The notes below the pieces were generated by a model. That model did no database searches and was not told the origin of the DNA. It worked only from the letters and a program-made list of their open reading frames with translations. From assembly GCA_002371265.1 (NCBI GenBank), contig DFGT01000032.1, positions 24,102 to 88,101 of the forward strand: DNA of 64,000 bases, written 5' to 3'. This DNA is from Bacteroidales bacterium UBA3743 (GTDB lineage Bacteria; Bacteroidota; Bacteroidia; Bacteroidales; Paludibacteraceae). Below, one piece after another: positions 1-9,520 of the stretch; position 1 is the first letter of the stretch, and each line of letters starts with the position of its first letter. The position numbers and the translations under genes are program-made.

Positions 1-2904
1 ATACGTTGCTCCTGTGCTATCACCCACAAACGATACAAACTCAAATCCTAGAGGAATGGAATCTGTAATCACCACATTCTCCGCCTCTATTCCATTATAC
101 GGAGCTTCACCAAGTATCTTACGCCATGTGTGTCCGTCGTACTCCTCCACCAACACTGTCTCTGTAACGACGTCGCTATTATCACATGCACTATAGATCA
201 TCTTGTCTACATTCACAATCGAATCTGGAATCTGATATGATGGACTTACAGGATAATACAATTCGTCATCTTCCGCAGGCTCTAAATCACTCCATGACCC
301 AGAAAAATCTACATCCAGAAAACGAGGAGAGTCTGCCGTTAAAATCAAATGAAGAGGAACGGTGCCTTTCAGTTCCCCATGCATATATACTCCGCCTAAC
401 AGATTAAGCCATATTGTATTGGATGACAAGCCATAAGGGAAATGAGTCCTCATTACAACTATACTGTCTGATAGTTTTTTCATGCTAAAACATTCGTCGT
501 TTATCGTCTTTTCAAACCCATTAGCGAAGAGACTTTTTAATTGCAAATCTGCATTCTTAGTATTCATAAAGAATGAGACACGATAGTTTCCTGTATTAAT
601 AACAGGCTCGATAGCATCATTATTAATTCTTAGCATAAATTTATATCGCCAGCTTTCAGACTGCGTTCCTGCCACTGTAAAGTTGACGCGAGATCTACCT
701 CCAGTCAAGAATGGAAGAGAATCCGTATTGCTATATGCGATTGTGAATTCCACCACATCGTCCTTTTTCACTGTATCTCTGTCCGCACTCTTCGTGACAC
801 TCAAAGTGTTAGGGATGATATCGATTGTGTTACGCTGCATAGTTGCTGTGACATAGTTTGGATACTCATTCGTCTTACTCTCTTTTCCGCCTTTCGAATA
901 GATTGTTGCGTTAAGAGAATATCTGCCACTTGCTCCTGGTTTCACCACACACTTGTAATATACTTGACCCATTGTCTTCGACAGATTAGGAGCGGAGAAA
1001 TCAAGTGCCGCACCTTCTGTGCTGTCGCTCTTGAATCCAGGCACATCGCCCAAAGACCATGTTATCTCGTTTGTAACAGGTCTATACACACCACCCTCGC
1101 TTACACTGACAAGCTGGAAATCATTTGGTATAGTATCCACAATCACCACATCAGTAGCGTCTTTCGATCCATAATTACGATAAGACAATATATATGTGAT
1201 AGTGTCGCCCACACGACAACTGCTGACGCTATCCTTTATAGAGCGATAGATTTTCAAGTTGGAAGATGCCTCCATCTGCGACGGTGCAGCATAGTTTCCA
1301 GTCAACGCCATCATACCCATCTGACGGAACCATCCATGCAAATATTTGGGTTTTAGTTCACCATCTTCTGTTTGTTCGTCAACATCAAAAATAGAATAGG
1401 CAATATTATATATTTCTCCCATCAGATTATAATCCTGAGCTCCTATCGCTGCGAATGACGACAATGCCTTTGGAGCTCCTAATCCACGAAAGCTATTTTC
1501 ATCAGAATTTCCCGTCATCGGATCTATCTGCCAAGGCATTGTTTTAGGGCCGCTGATTGGAATCGAAAGTGCGCCATATTCATAACATGAATGTTCCAAA
1601 CTGTCATTCCAATTCATCGGATCATTCAAATAATTCGAAAATCTAACCGCAGCACCATATTCAAAACTGTTTTCTCCATCCTCTACCTGATGTGTAACAG
1701 GATTCCATGAATACTTAGGATTGCCATGCCAAACATAATGACTAATTGTACGCCAAGCAGCACGTATGTCAGTCAAGGCACCAAACTTCTCAAATGTTGT
1801 TTTTGAGCCATCCTCATTCACCGTACCTGAACCTGCCGTCGGCACAGAATATGGACTCTTTGCCATCAACTGGCCTATCAACCAATCCGAAGAAGCTTCA
1901 GCACGACGGAACTGCTCTGCCTCCCACTCGTTTGTCATACCCAACTCCTTAGACAATGAAAGCAACAAATCATGAAACTCTCTATAATAGGCTGGCGCAT
2001 TATAATCTGTGTATTGATTAAATGGCCCTGAGAATTCAGGAACAAGATTGATTCCTTTTACATTTACTGTACCTCCATCCGACATATTATAAATAGCCAT
2101 TGAGTCAGAAAAGACGGTAGGGTTATCAAACGCCCATTTTGTTATTTCAGACCAAGAATCTCCTCCCTTGACATAACCGTCCAAACCAATCATACCTGAA
2201 CAGACACGCATTTTCGTTTTTTCTTCTGAAAATCTTGTGCTCAACGCCACAAGTCCACGGACCACCTCAATCAACTCCTGCTTGTAGCTGATCGGATTTC
2301 CGCACGCATCCAACACCGGCTCTCCAGTGCCATCTAACATAAACTCACCCCACTGCTTGTATGCCACGTAAAGTGCCAATGCCACATCCTCATCACCATC
2401 GGCAGCCGAACTGCTTGAACCTTCAAGATCTCCAAGTGAGAATGGTCCATACCAATAACTTTCTTCAGTAGGTTTACAATCGCTATATTTCTTTGTACGG
2501 TAACGACGCAAATCATGTGTTCTCATCCACAAACCGTCAAATGTCGGTTTATCAGCCATATAAGCAGCCGCAAGCAAAGCATAACCGTCACCCTCTGTGC
2601 AATCATAAGGACAACCAAGGGTTCCCTTGATATATTTGATGCCCGCCCATTCGTCGCCAGTATACTCAAAAGCATTGGCATGCAGCTGATAAGCCTCACG
2701 AATCTGATGCTCCATCTCAGCATGAGTCAAGCCCTCTGGAAGATTAGTACCCAAGTTTCCTCCACAAGCATATTTCAAAAACTGTGGAAACGGATAGGCA
2801 GGATTGCCTGAATTGATGTGGACCTTCACCGCATTCGCGTTTAATGAAAGTCCCATAGAAAATAAAACAGGTAAGAAAAAACCTTTTATAACTCTTTTAT
2901 TCAT
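1..2904 (-). CDS. Secreted glycoside hydrolase family 8-like enzyme with DUF11-type repeat domains (3' end runs off the window)
   Basis: It is missing from the ORF track because it has no stop inside the window. My hand translation of the minus strand from the ATG at 2904-2902 stays open to base 1 (968 codons). It has a signal peptide, MNKRVIKGFFLPVLFSMGLSLNANA. TEGDGYALL and AADGDEDVALALYVAYKQW resemble the GH8 catalytic-Glu region and the GH8 signature as I recall them. Later segments such as VGDTITYILSYRNYGSKDATDVVIVDTIPNDF look like DUF11 repeats. Confidence 0.7.
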   Translation of the reverse strand, partial: MNKRVIKGFFLPVLFSMGLSLNANAVKVHINSGNPAYPFPQFLKYACGGNLGTNLPEGLTHAEMEHQIREAYQLHANAFEYTGDEWAGIKYIKGTLGCPYDCTEGDGYALLAAAYMADKPTFDGLWMRTHDLRRYRTKKYSDCKPTEESYWYGPFSLGDLEGSSSSAADGDEDVALALYVAYKQWGEFMLDGTGEPVLDACGNPISYKQELIEVVRGLVALSTRFSEEKTKMRVCSGMIGLDGYVKGGDSWSEITKWAFDNPTVFSDSMAIYNMSDGGTVNVKGINLVPEFSGPFNQYTDYNAPAYYREFHDLLLSLSKELGMTNEWEAEQFRRAEASSDWLIGQLMAKSPYSVPTAGSGTVNEDGSKTTFEKFGALTDIRAAWRTISHYVWHGNPKYSWNPVTHQVEDGENSFEYGAAVRFSNYLNDPMNWNDSLEHSCYEYGALSIPISGPKTMPWQIDPMTGNSDENSFRGLGAPKALSSFAAIGAQDYNLMGEIYNIAYSIFDVDEQTEDGELKPKYLHGWFRQMGMMALTGNYAAPSQMEASSNLKIYRSIKDSVSSCRVGDTITYILSYRNYGSKDATDVVIVDTIPNDFQLVSVSEGGVYRPVTNEITWSLGDVPGFKSDSTEGAALDFSAPNLSKTMGQVYYKCVVKPGASGRYSLNATIYSKGGKESKTNEYPNYVTATMQRNTIDIIPNTLSVTKSADRDTVKKDDVVEFTIAYSNTDSLPFLTGGRSRVNFTVAGTQSESWRYKFMLRINNDAIEPVINTGNYRVSFFMNTKNADLQLKSLFANGFEKTINDECFSMKKLSDSIVVMRTHFPYGLSSNTIWLNLLGGVYMHGELKGTVPLHLILTADSPRFLDVDFSGSWSDLEPAEDDELYYPVSPSYQIPDSIVNVDKMIYSACDNSDVVTETVLVEEYDGHTWRKILGEAPYNGIEAENVVITDSIPLGFEFVSFVGDSTGATY

Positions 2905-2999
2905 ATATTTTGTTATTTATTTTCAGAAGCTCTTTCTCTGCCTTTTTTCTCCCATTTACCAGAATAGAAAGGCAAAAACCTCAACAGAAGATTTCCCGA

Positions 3000-3007
3000 C
3001 AAAATTA
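3000..3007 (-). promoter_or_regulatory. Candidate Bacteroides-type -7 box (TAATTTTG) for the GH8-like gene
   Basis: Plus-strand caaaatta reads TAATTTTG on the minus strand, about 95 nt upstream of the ATG at 2904. It matches the TAnnTTTG consensus. Confidence 0.3.
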
Positions 3008-3197
3008 ATTGAAATTTTCTCATTCACCAAAACTTTCTCCATTACTTTTTCAGGTGCAACGGAATTGTAATACAGTAGGCAAACAGATAATCTTAAACAA
3101 GTTACGTAGATTTACTTATAATCTGGTTAGCAATATAGCAATGATAATATACCTGACAAGATGTCTCATGAGATGCAATTTTAACGTTAACACAACT

Positions 3198-3240
3198 CGT
3201 TAGCTTTTACGGGATTTATATACCTCGGGAAAGCTAACGA
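3198..3240 (-). terminator. 11-bp-stem hairpin just beyond the trailer end of the CRISPR array (possible pre-crRNA terminator)
   Basis: tcgttagcttt (3198-3208) is the exact reverse complement of aaagctaacga (3230-3240). It lies 29 nt past the last repeat in the inferred transcription direction. The U-tail is only weak (GTTGTGTT). Confidence 0.35.
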
Positions 3241-3268
3241 AATCGGGGGCAAAGATACTAATTTTGAA

Positions 3269-6200
3269 GTTTCTTATTCCAATATGGTTCGATTAAAAGA
3301 CTGGAGCATAAGGCAAACGACATGAACAGATACGTAGTTTCAATTCCAATATGGTTCGATTAAAAGATTGATTTACAAATTTAGCAAAATGCGTTTTATA
3401 TATATTTCAATTCCAATATGGTTCGATTAAAAGATATTCGCCCAGATGCAAGAATGTTTTCGCAAAGGTATTTCAATTCCAATATGGTTCGATTAAAAGA
3501 CGTGCTGGTTATTCTCATTCTTGGATGTGGGGTCGTAAGTTTCAATTCCAATATGGTTCGATTAAAAGGATAATTTGTAAAACAAATCATCTGTATAGTT
3601 AAGTTTGTTTCAATTCCAATATGGTTCGATTAAAAGACTCGACTTTTGTTGATGATGTTGATGCTAAATTTTTGTTTCAATTCCAATATGGTTCGATTAA
3701 AAGATTAATCATTAATTTTCCAGATGACGCCCAAAAAATTGTTTCAATTCCAATATGGTTCGATTAAAAGGCAAATGGATATAACCATGTTGCAAAAAAT
3801 GTATCTTGTTTCAATTCCAATATGGTTCGATTAAAAGCTCCACAGCTCCCTGCAACGCATGTGTGATAGACAGTTTCAATTCCAATATGGTTCGATTAAA
3901 AGACAACTATCTTACAGAAGATGACGCATTGAGAATCGGTTTCAATTCCAATATGGTTCGATTAAAAGACACGCATTGACAGCAGAGCAGTTAGAGTAGT
4001 TAAGTTTCAATTCCAATATGGTTCGATTAAAAGTATTCACCGAAATTCAAGAGGAGACTTCCGGAAGTGCGTTTCAATTCCAATATGGTTCGATTAAAAG
4101 CTTGGCAACATTATTTGCTATAACGCAAAGATATTCAGTTTCAATTCCAATATGGTTCGATTAAAAGAAAAGGATATCATAATTTATCTCAATCCGGAAA
4201 TTGTGTTTCAATTCCAATATGGTTCGATTAAAAGTATAGCAGAATTACCTACCCAACAATTTCCATTCGTTTCAATTCCAATATGGTTCGATTAAAAGCG
4301 TCAGTTAGGAGATTACGCTGGTCAATCGTCTCGCGTTTCAATTCCAATATGGTTCGATTAAAAGGAGGCTGATTTGCAGTTGCAGAATAACCTTAAAACA
4401 AGTTTCAATTCCAATATGGTTCGATTAAAAGGCATCGCTTACCAGGATATCCTCAAACTCTTACAAGTTTCAATTCCAATATGGTTCGATTAAAAGTGCA
4501 GATACCGGCGGAGATGATGAGGGCGCAGGAAGGTTTCAATTCCAATATGGTTCGATTAAAAGGAGACCGTGGCGAGCAAGGAATACAAGGTATTCAGTTT
4601 CAATTCCAATATGGTTCGATTAAAAGCAAAATAAAGTCCTTCACGCAATAGTCACTACTATAGTTTCAATTCCAATATGGTTCGATTAAAAGTTATATCC
4701 CTGTTCCGTGTAATATCCGCTTCCCTGGTTTCAATTCCAATATGGTTCGATTAAAAGGATAAGGGCGTCTGTATGCTATAAGGTGCAAGACCTAGTTTCA
4801 ATTCCAATATGGTTCGATTAAAAGAGTGTAATGAGATTTACTCATATCAAAACGTGCGTGGTTTCAATTCCAATATGGTTCGATTAAAAGATTGATCGTT
4901 TTACGTGGTACAATCCTGAATTTGAGTTTCAATTCCAATATGGTTCGATTAAAAGTGTAGATGCTTTTCGTACTTTTTATATTGATTCCCTGTTTCAATT
5001 CCAATATGGTTCGATTAAAAGACTTTGAGCTTGCGAGATTAAAGAGGACATATCGGCGTTTCAATTCCAATATGGTTCGATTAAAAGTCGGTATGCTGAC
5101 GTGTCTGTTGATCACTTTCTTCTGTTTCAATTCCAATATGGTTCGATTAAAAGTTTTTCATTTTATAGTTTTATTTTTAATCCAAGTTTGTTTCAATTCC
5201 AATATGGTTCGATTAAAAGACGTTACAAGGTTAATTGACAGCAAGTATTTACGTGTTTCAATTCCAATATGGTTCGATTAAAAGAAAATGCCGTAATTCG
5301 CAACGTCGGTGAGCTGTACAGTTTCAATTCCAATATGGTTCGATTAAAAGCAATAGCAGATTCCAATAGAGCCTGTATTGTAACCTGTTTCAATTCCAAT
5401 ATGGTTCGATTAAAAGGCACACTGAGAGACATATTTCCAATCATCGACACTGTTTCAATTCCAATATGGTTCGATTAAAAGATGTCTGCTCTATCATCAG
5501 TTTCTGCTTAGTGCCGTTTCAATTCCAATATGGTTCGATTAAAAGACCTTTGCCAATCGTCTCCGCTCCGTTACCCATCAGCGTTTCAATTCCAATATGG
5601 TTCGATTAAAAGACAGAAGGACGCACAGCTGAGGCAAGGGGTATCGCTGTTTCAATTCCAATATGGTTCGATTAAAAGTGAGCGGAAATCAGAAGCATCG
5701 AATATGTTATTATGTTTCAATTCCAATATGGTTCGATTAAAAGTTACCAGTAAACTGTATTTCAGCCTGATAATTATCGTTTCAATTCCAATATGGTTCG
5801 ATTAAAAGACAACAAGAGAAGGATGAAGGAGATTGAGGAGGAATGTTTCAATTCCAATATGGTTCGATTAAAAGACTTCGTGCAGGGGAATATCCTCAAA
5901 TACGTTGTAGTTTCAATTCCAATATGGTTCGATTAAAAGAAAATGCCGTAATTCGCAACGTCGGTGAGCTGTACAGTTTCAATTCCAATATGGTTCGATT
6001 AAAAGCCCCCGTCTCATCGTCAAGCTCGTAGCACGCCACATGTTTCAATTCCAATATGGTTCGATTAAAAGAAGAAAGTTTTCGACTTCTAAAAGATGGG
6101 CAGATGCTGTTTCAATTCCAATATGGTTCGATTAAAAGCAGTCTACGAATATCACTCCTACTGCTCCGACTTCTTGTTTCAATTCCAATATGGTTCGATT

Positions 6201-7391
6201 AAAAGAATAATCAAAAAACGCTTTATAATAAGCAAAAAGGTTTCAATTCCAATATGGTTCGATTAAAAGTAATCTTGTCCAAATTCCTCTGTCTAGCCCT
6301 CTTAAGTTTCAATTCCAATATGGTTCGATTAAAAGGTCTCCGCCGAGAATATGCCCGCAGCCGCCACCGCCGTTTCAATTCCAATATGGTTCGATTAAAA
6401 GAATTTGGAAATATATTCTTACTAAGGACGATTCAATGTTTCAATTCCAATATGGTTCGATTAAAAGGGTGTGGTGGACTAGTTGCCACGGCCTGCTCAC
6501 GTGCGTTTCAATTCCAATATGGTTCGATTAAAAGAGTGAGGTTGTGCACGCTAGTCCGCTTTCTTCATCGTTTCAATTCCAATATGGTTCGATTAAAAGG
6601 ACAATAACGGGCATTTAATATTAACAGCATAACTTAGTTTCAATTCCAATATGGTTCGATTAAAAGAATCATATGCTTAAGTAGAGTATGCGACTTTCTT
6701 GTAGTTTCAATTCCAATATGGTTCGATTAAAAGGATTCAGTCTATGGCGGTGATGAGTTTATTGTGTTGTTTCAATTCCAATATGGTTCGATTAAAAGTA
6801 GACAGAACATCTTCACTTATCATCTCAATTATGTTTCAATTCCAATATGGTTCGATTAAAAGATCGAGCAAGAGTATTCCTGTCGACTTTGCACATTTGT
6901 TTCAATTCCAATATGGTTCGATTAAAAGATACCTGCAATACCTGCTGCGGCTGCGACTATCGCGTTTCAATTCCAATATGGTTCGATTAAAAGCCTTTTG
7001 CTTAAATGTTGATGCAAAATTAAAATTTAGTTTCAATTCCAATATGGTTCGATTAAAAGAACTCATCTCCAATTCTTCTGAAGATGCTATAACGAGTTTC
7101 AATTCCAATATGGTTCGATTAAAAGAATATCCCATGAGAAGAACGCCATGAAGCCATCTGAGTTTCAATTCCAATATGGTTCGATTAAAAGAGGTGGTTT
7201 GCACAGATGAAGAGGCAGTTTACGTCAGTTTCAATTCCAATATGGTTCGATTAAAAGTTAGAGCGAAAACTAATTTTCTGGTCCGCAGTATCAAGTTTCA
7301 ATTCCAATATGGTTCGATTAAAAGCCAACCAAGAGACTCACGACGAGGAGAACCATTTCTAGTTTCAATTCCAATATGGTTCGATTAAAAG
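3269..7391 (-). CRISPR. CRISPR array, 63 repeats / 62 spacers
   Basis: The 30-nt repeat GTTTCAATTCCAATATGGTTCGATTAAAAG (plus strand) occurs 63 times with 34-39 nt spacers (hand-indexed). The minus-strand reading CTTTTAATCGAACCATATTGGAATTGAAAC ends in ATTGAAAC, the 8-nt 5'-handle typical of Cas6-processed repeats. A degenerate 31-nt repeat at 3269-3299 and first-base G>A variants at 3404 and 3470 mark the trailer end, so the leader is on the cas2 side. Confidence 0.97.
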
Positions 7392-7629
7392 TCGTTGCGA
7401 AAATACGATTTTTTAGCAAAAACAAAGGCTTATAAGCCAATGTTTTTGCTAAAAATTCATAACTAATGTTGTCGATGGGCAATTCTACAAAATCCCCGAC
7501 CTTCGACAACTTTCTTAAATATCTGATTTCCAACATGTCAAAGATCTCAACTCTGCCATATTATCTCTTTTTCCTCTAATAAATTAGCCGGCGACAACAT
7601 GACTATAAAGAAATGTCTGATTTTCAATC
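7392..7629 (-). promoter_or_regulatory. CRISPR leader (between cas2 stop and first repeat)
   Basis: This is a 238-bp AT-rich non-coding stretch between cas2 and the pristine end of the array. It contains a 46-nt near-perfect palindrome at 7410-7455. I found no exact TAnnTTTG box. Confidence 0.6.
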
Positions 7630-7893
7630 TTATATAAAATTGTCTATGTCAGATAATTCCTTTCCTAAAATCTCCTTATCTAACCACTTTTGTTGGCTCG
7701 ACGAAAAGACTATGATACTGTCTTCTTCTGGATCCATAATCTTCAATGCTTGACTCTTCAACTCTTTCAACTTCACTTCCGTTATCTCTCCCTCAAACAC
7801 TGAATTTTGTATCCAATTCAAGTATTTTCTACATAACTTTAACATCTTCCCCACTCGTCGCTCGCCACAATCATATACTAATATCACGTACAT
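7630..7893 (-). CDS. cas2: CRISPR-associated endoribonuclease Cas2
   Basis: It is an 87-aa ORF starting MYVILVYDCGERRV, a typical Cas2 N-terminal beta-strand with Asp. It lies immediately downstream of cas1 and next to the leader. Confidence 0.85.
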   Translation of the reverse strand: MYVILVYDCGERRVGKMLKLCRKYLNWIQNSVFEGEITEVKLKELKSQALKIMDPEEDSIIVFSSSQQKWLDKEILGKELSDIDNFI

Positions 7894-7894
7894 A

Positions 7895-8914
7895 TCACCA
7901 CCACATCTTAAAAGGTTTGTACTCCTCCATCTCCAACAAATGCTTTGCCAACTTATAACACTCTAACTTTATCAAATGCTTATAGCTGACACTTCTATTC
8001 AATGCCCTATGCTTTATCGTCTCATTCAGTCGATCTTCAAATGCTTTTACAAAGATCTTCTTTCCCGTCGGATTCAACAAACATCTGTTCATCTTATTGT
8101 CGAAATGTTTTGTCTGAATCTCTTTCTTGTTCAACAACTTAAAAATAACTCTGTCTACCAGAATTGGCTTGAAGATCTCCGACACATCCAAACACAACGA
8201 AAATCTTCGTTCTCCCGGACTATGCAGATAGCTTATTGTAGGATTCAATTGTGTCTGATGGATTGCTCGTAAACATTGCGAATAGCACATCATATTACCG
8301 AACGAGATTAATGCGTTCACTTCATTCCTTGGCGGCTGCTTACTTCGTCCACCCATCTCGAAATCGTCAATGATCAAATCGAACGCATCATAATATGTTT
8401 GACGGATATTTCCCTCCAATCCCATCAGCTCGCTCACACTCCTCATCTCAACTATTTTAGAGGAGTAGCCTTCAATCTGCGTTATTATAGATTCCATATC
8501 CTTTCCTCTATTATTGTAATAGCGAAGATTCTTGACCATATTGTATGACGCTCCTTCAATAAACTTTTTAGCAATCTCCAGACGTCGACCGTCTTCTTGA
8601 TAAGCAGATGTCTGAGCCATCAGCATTTTGCCAGAAAGCAATCCGTCTCGTGGCATAAACGACCCCGTATAATTCTCATAATAATCAAAGAAATGGACAG
8701 GAATGTCGTGCTGTCCCAAAAAATTAAAGAGCGAACTCGTTGCATGAAGAGAACCAAAAACATAAAATTCACTCACGTCCTCAACTGGCAAATAACGAGG
8801 TGAACCTACTGGCTTCACGTCACCATCTTCCAACTCCTCGAAAGGCGTGAATTTTAATGTATTGTCCTTTCTTTCCAACTTACCTGGATTAAATAGATAA
8901 TACGTCCTTTTCAT
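7895..8914 (-). CDS. cas1: CRISPR-associated endonuclease Cas1
   Basis: It is 339 aa. The N-terminus [20 protein letters not shown] resembles type I-B Cas1 proteins. It overlaps cas4 by 4 nt and abuts cas2. Confidence 0.9.
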   Translation of the reverse strand: MKRTYYLFNPGKLERKDNTLKFTPFEELEDGDVKPVGSPRYLPVEDVSEFYVFGSLHATSSLFNFLGQHDIPVHFFDYYENYTGSFMPRDGLLSGKMLMAQTSAYQEDGRRLEIAKKFIEGASYNMVKNLRYYNNRGKDMESIITQIEGYSSKIVEMRSVSELMGLEGNIRQTYYDAFDLIIDDFEMGGRSKQPPRNEVNALISFGNMMCYSQCLRAIHQTQLNPTISYLHSPGERRFSLCLDVSEIFKPILVDRVIFKLLNKKEIQTKHFDNKMNRCLLNPTGKKIFVKAFEDRLNETIKHRALNRSVSYKHLIKLECYKLAKHLLEMEEYKPFKMWW

Positions 8915-9426
8915 ACATCATCAGTTTCTGTGACACAACAAAAATCGAAATAGCTACAACTTTTACATATTTTCATGGCTACTCTATCCGGACATTTTTC
9001 AGACGCGATTATTTTTTCAATTTCACTTTTCATCTTTTCTATTTCACGTCTATCATCATCCGTCAACACGATGGGAGTTGTCTTTCTCATCGTAGGGTAC
9101 TCTAAAATGCCCCGGACTCCGTCTACTCCATTTTGTTCCAAGACATATATATAGTATTTCACCTGCCATTCATGAGCTTCCTCAACTTTGTCGGAACGTT
9201 TGATTTCATGTACAATCTTATTCTTAGCGTCATAAAAATCAATTTTGACACCCCCGACCTCCAACTCTTCATATCGCTCTGGACGCTGCGGATAAGAATC
9301 CTCATGAATGAGTTTTCCATCGTAGACAAGGTCGGAATTATGCTCCATGTTGATACCATTGGCAAAGAGCCATAGTTTACGATGGCAGATCAAATAATAA
9401 TTGAAATGGGTGCCAGTGATTTGCAT
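8911..9426 (-). CDS. cas4: CRISPR-associated exonuclease Cas4
   Basis: It is 171 aa. It has an N-terminal Cys (LICHRKLW) plus the C-terminal cluster [19 protein letters not shown], the Cas4 Fe-S pattern, and RecB-like DxK-type core residues (HEIKRSD). Confidence 0.85.
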   Translation of the reverse strand: MQITGTHFNYYLICHRKLWLFANGINMEHNSDLVYDGKLIHEDSYPQRPERYEELEVGGVKIDFYDAKNKIVHEIKRSDKVEEAHEWQVKYYIYVLEQNGVDGVRGILEYPTMRKTTPIVLTDDDRREIEKMKSEIEKIIASEKCPDRVAMKICKSCSYFDFCCVTETDDV

Positions 9427-9473
9427 ATTTTATGTTGCTTTCTGTATCGGCCATGATTAGTATTATAAAAGAG

Positions 9474-9508
9474 AAAAGTGATTGCTGCAAAAAACAACAA
9501 TCACTTTT
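9474..9508 (-). terminator. Hairpin between interference (cas7) and adaptation (cas4) modules; possible attenuator
   Basis: aaaagtgattg (9474-9484) pairs with caatcactttt (9498-9508). On the minus strand it is followed by CTCTTTTATAAT. It sits in the only sizeable gap (94 nt) within the cas operon. Confidence 0.35.
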
Positions 9509-9520
9509 TATTCACAAAAT

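Noticed and set aside
4563-4596. Spacer 20 reads (G)DRGEQGIQGI in one frame, a collagen-like Gly-X-Y run that would hint at a phage tail-fibre protospacer.
   Set aside because: Three or four phased Gly codons among 62 spacers x 6 frames is not clearly beyond chance by my rough estimate. Only a database hit could support it.
3269-7391. The repeat contains GGTTCGATT, reminiscent of a tRNA T-arm. About half of the spacers also start with A on the plus strand.
   Set aside because: No acceptor or anticodon arms surround the motif, so it is not a tRNA. The first-base bias (30 of 62 by my count) may only reflect an ambiguous repeat/spacer boundary or AT-rich targets, and it needs statistics that I cannot run.
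3396-7536. More than a dozen ORF-track entries inside the array (e.g. 4961-5281, 6254-6607, 6744-7151, 6902-7204) with recurring FNSNMVRLK / FNRTILELK peptides.
   Set aside because: They are translations of the 30-nt CRISPR repeat in different frames. The periodic peptide is an artefact of the repeat, not a repeat protein.
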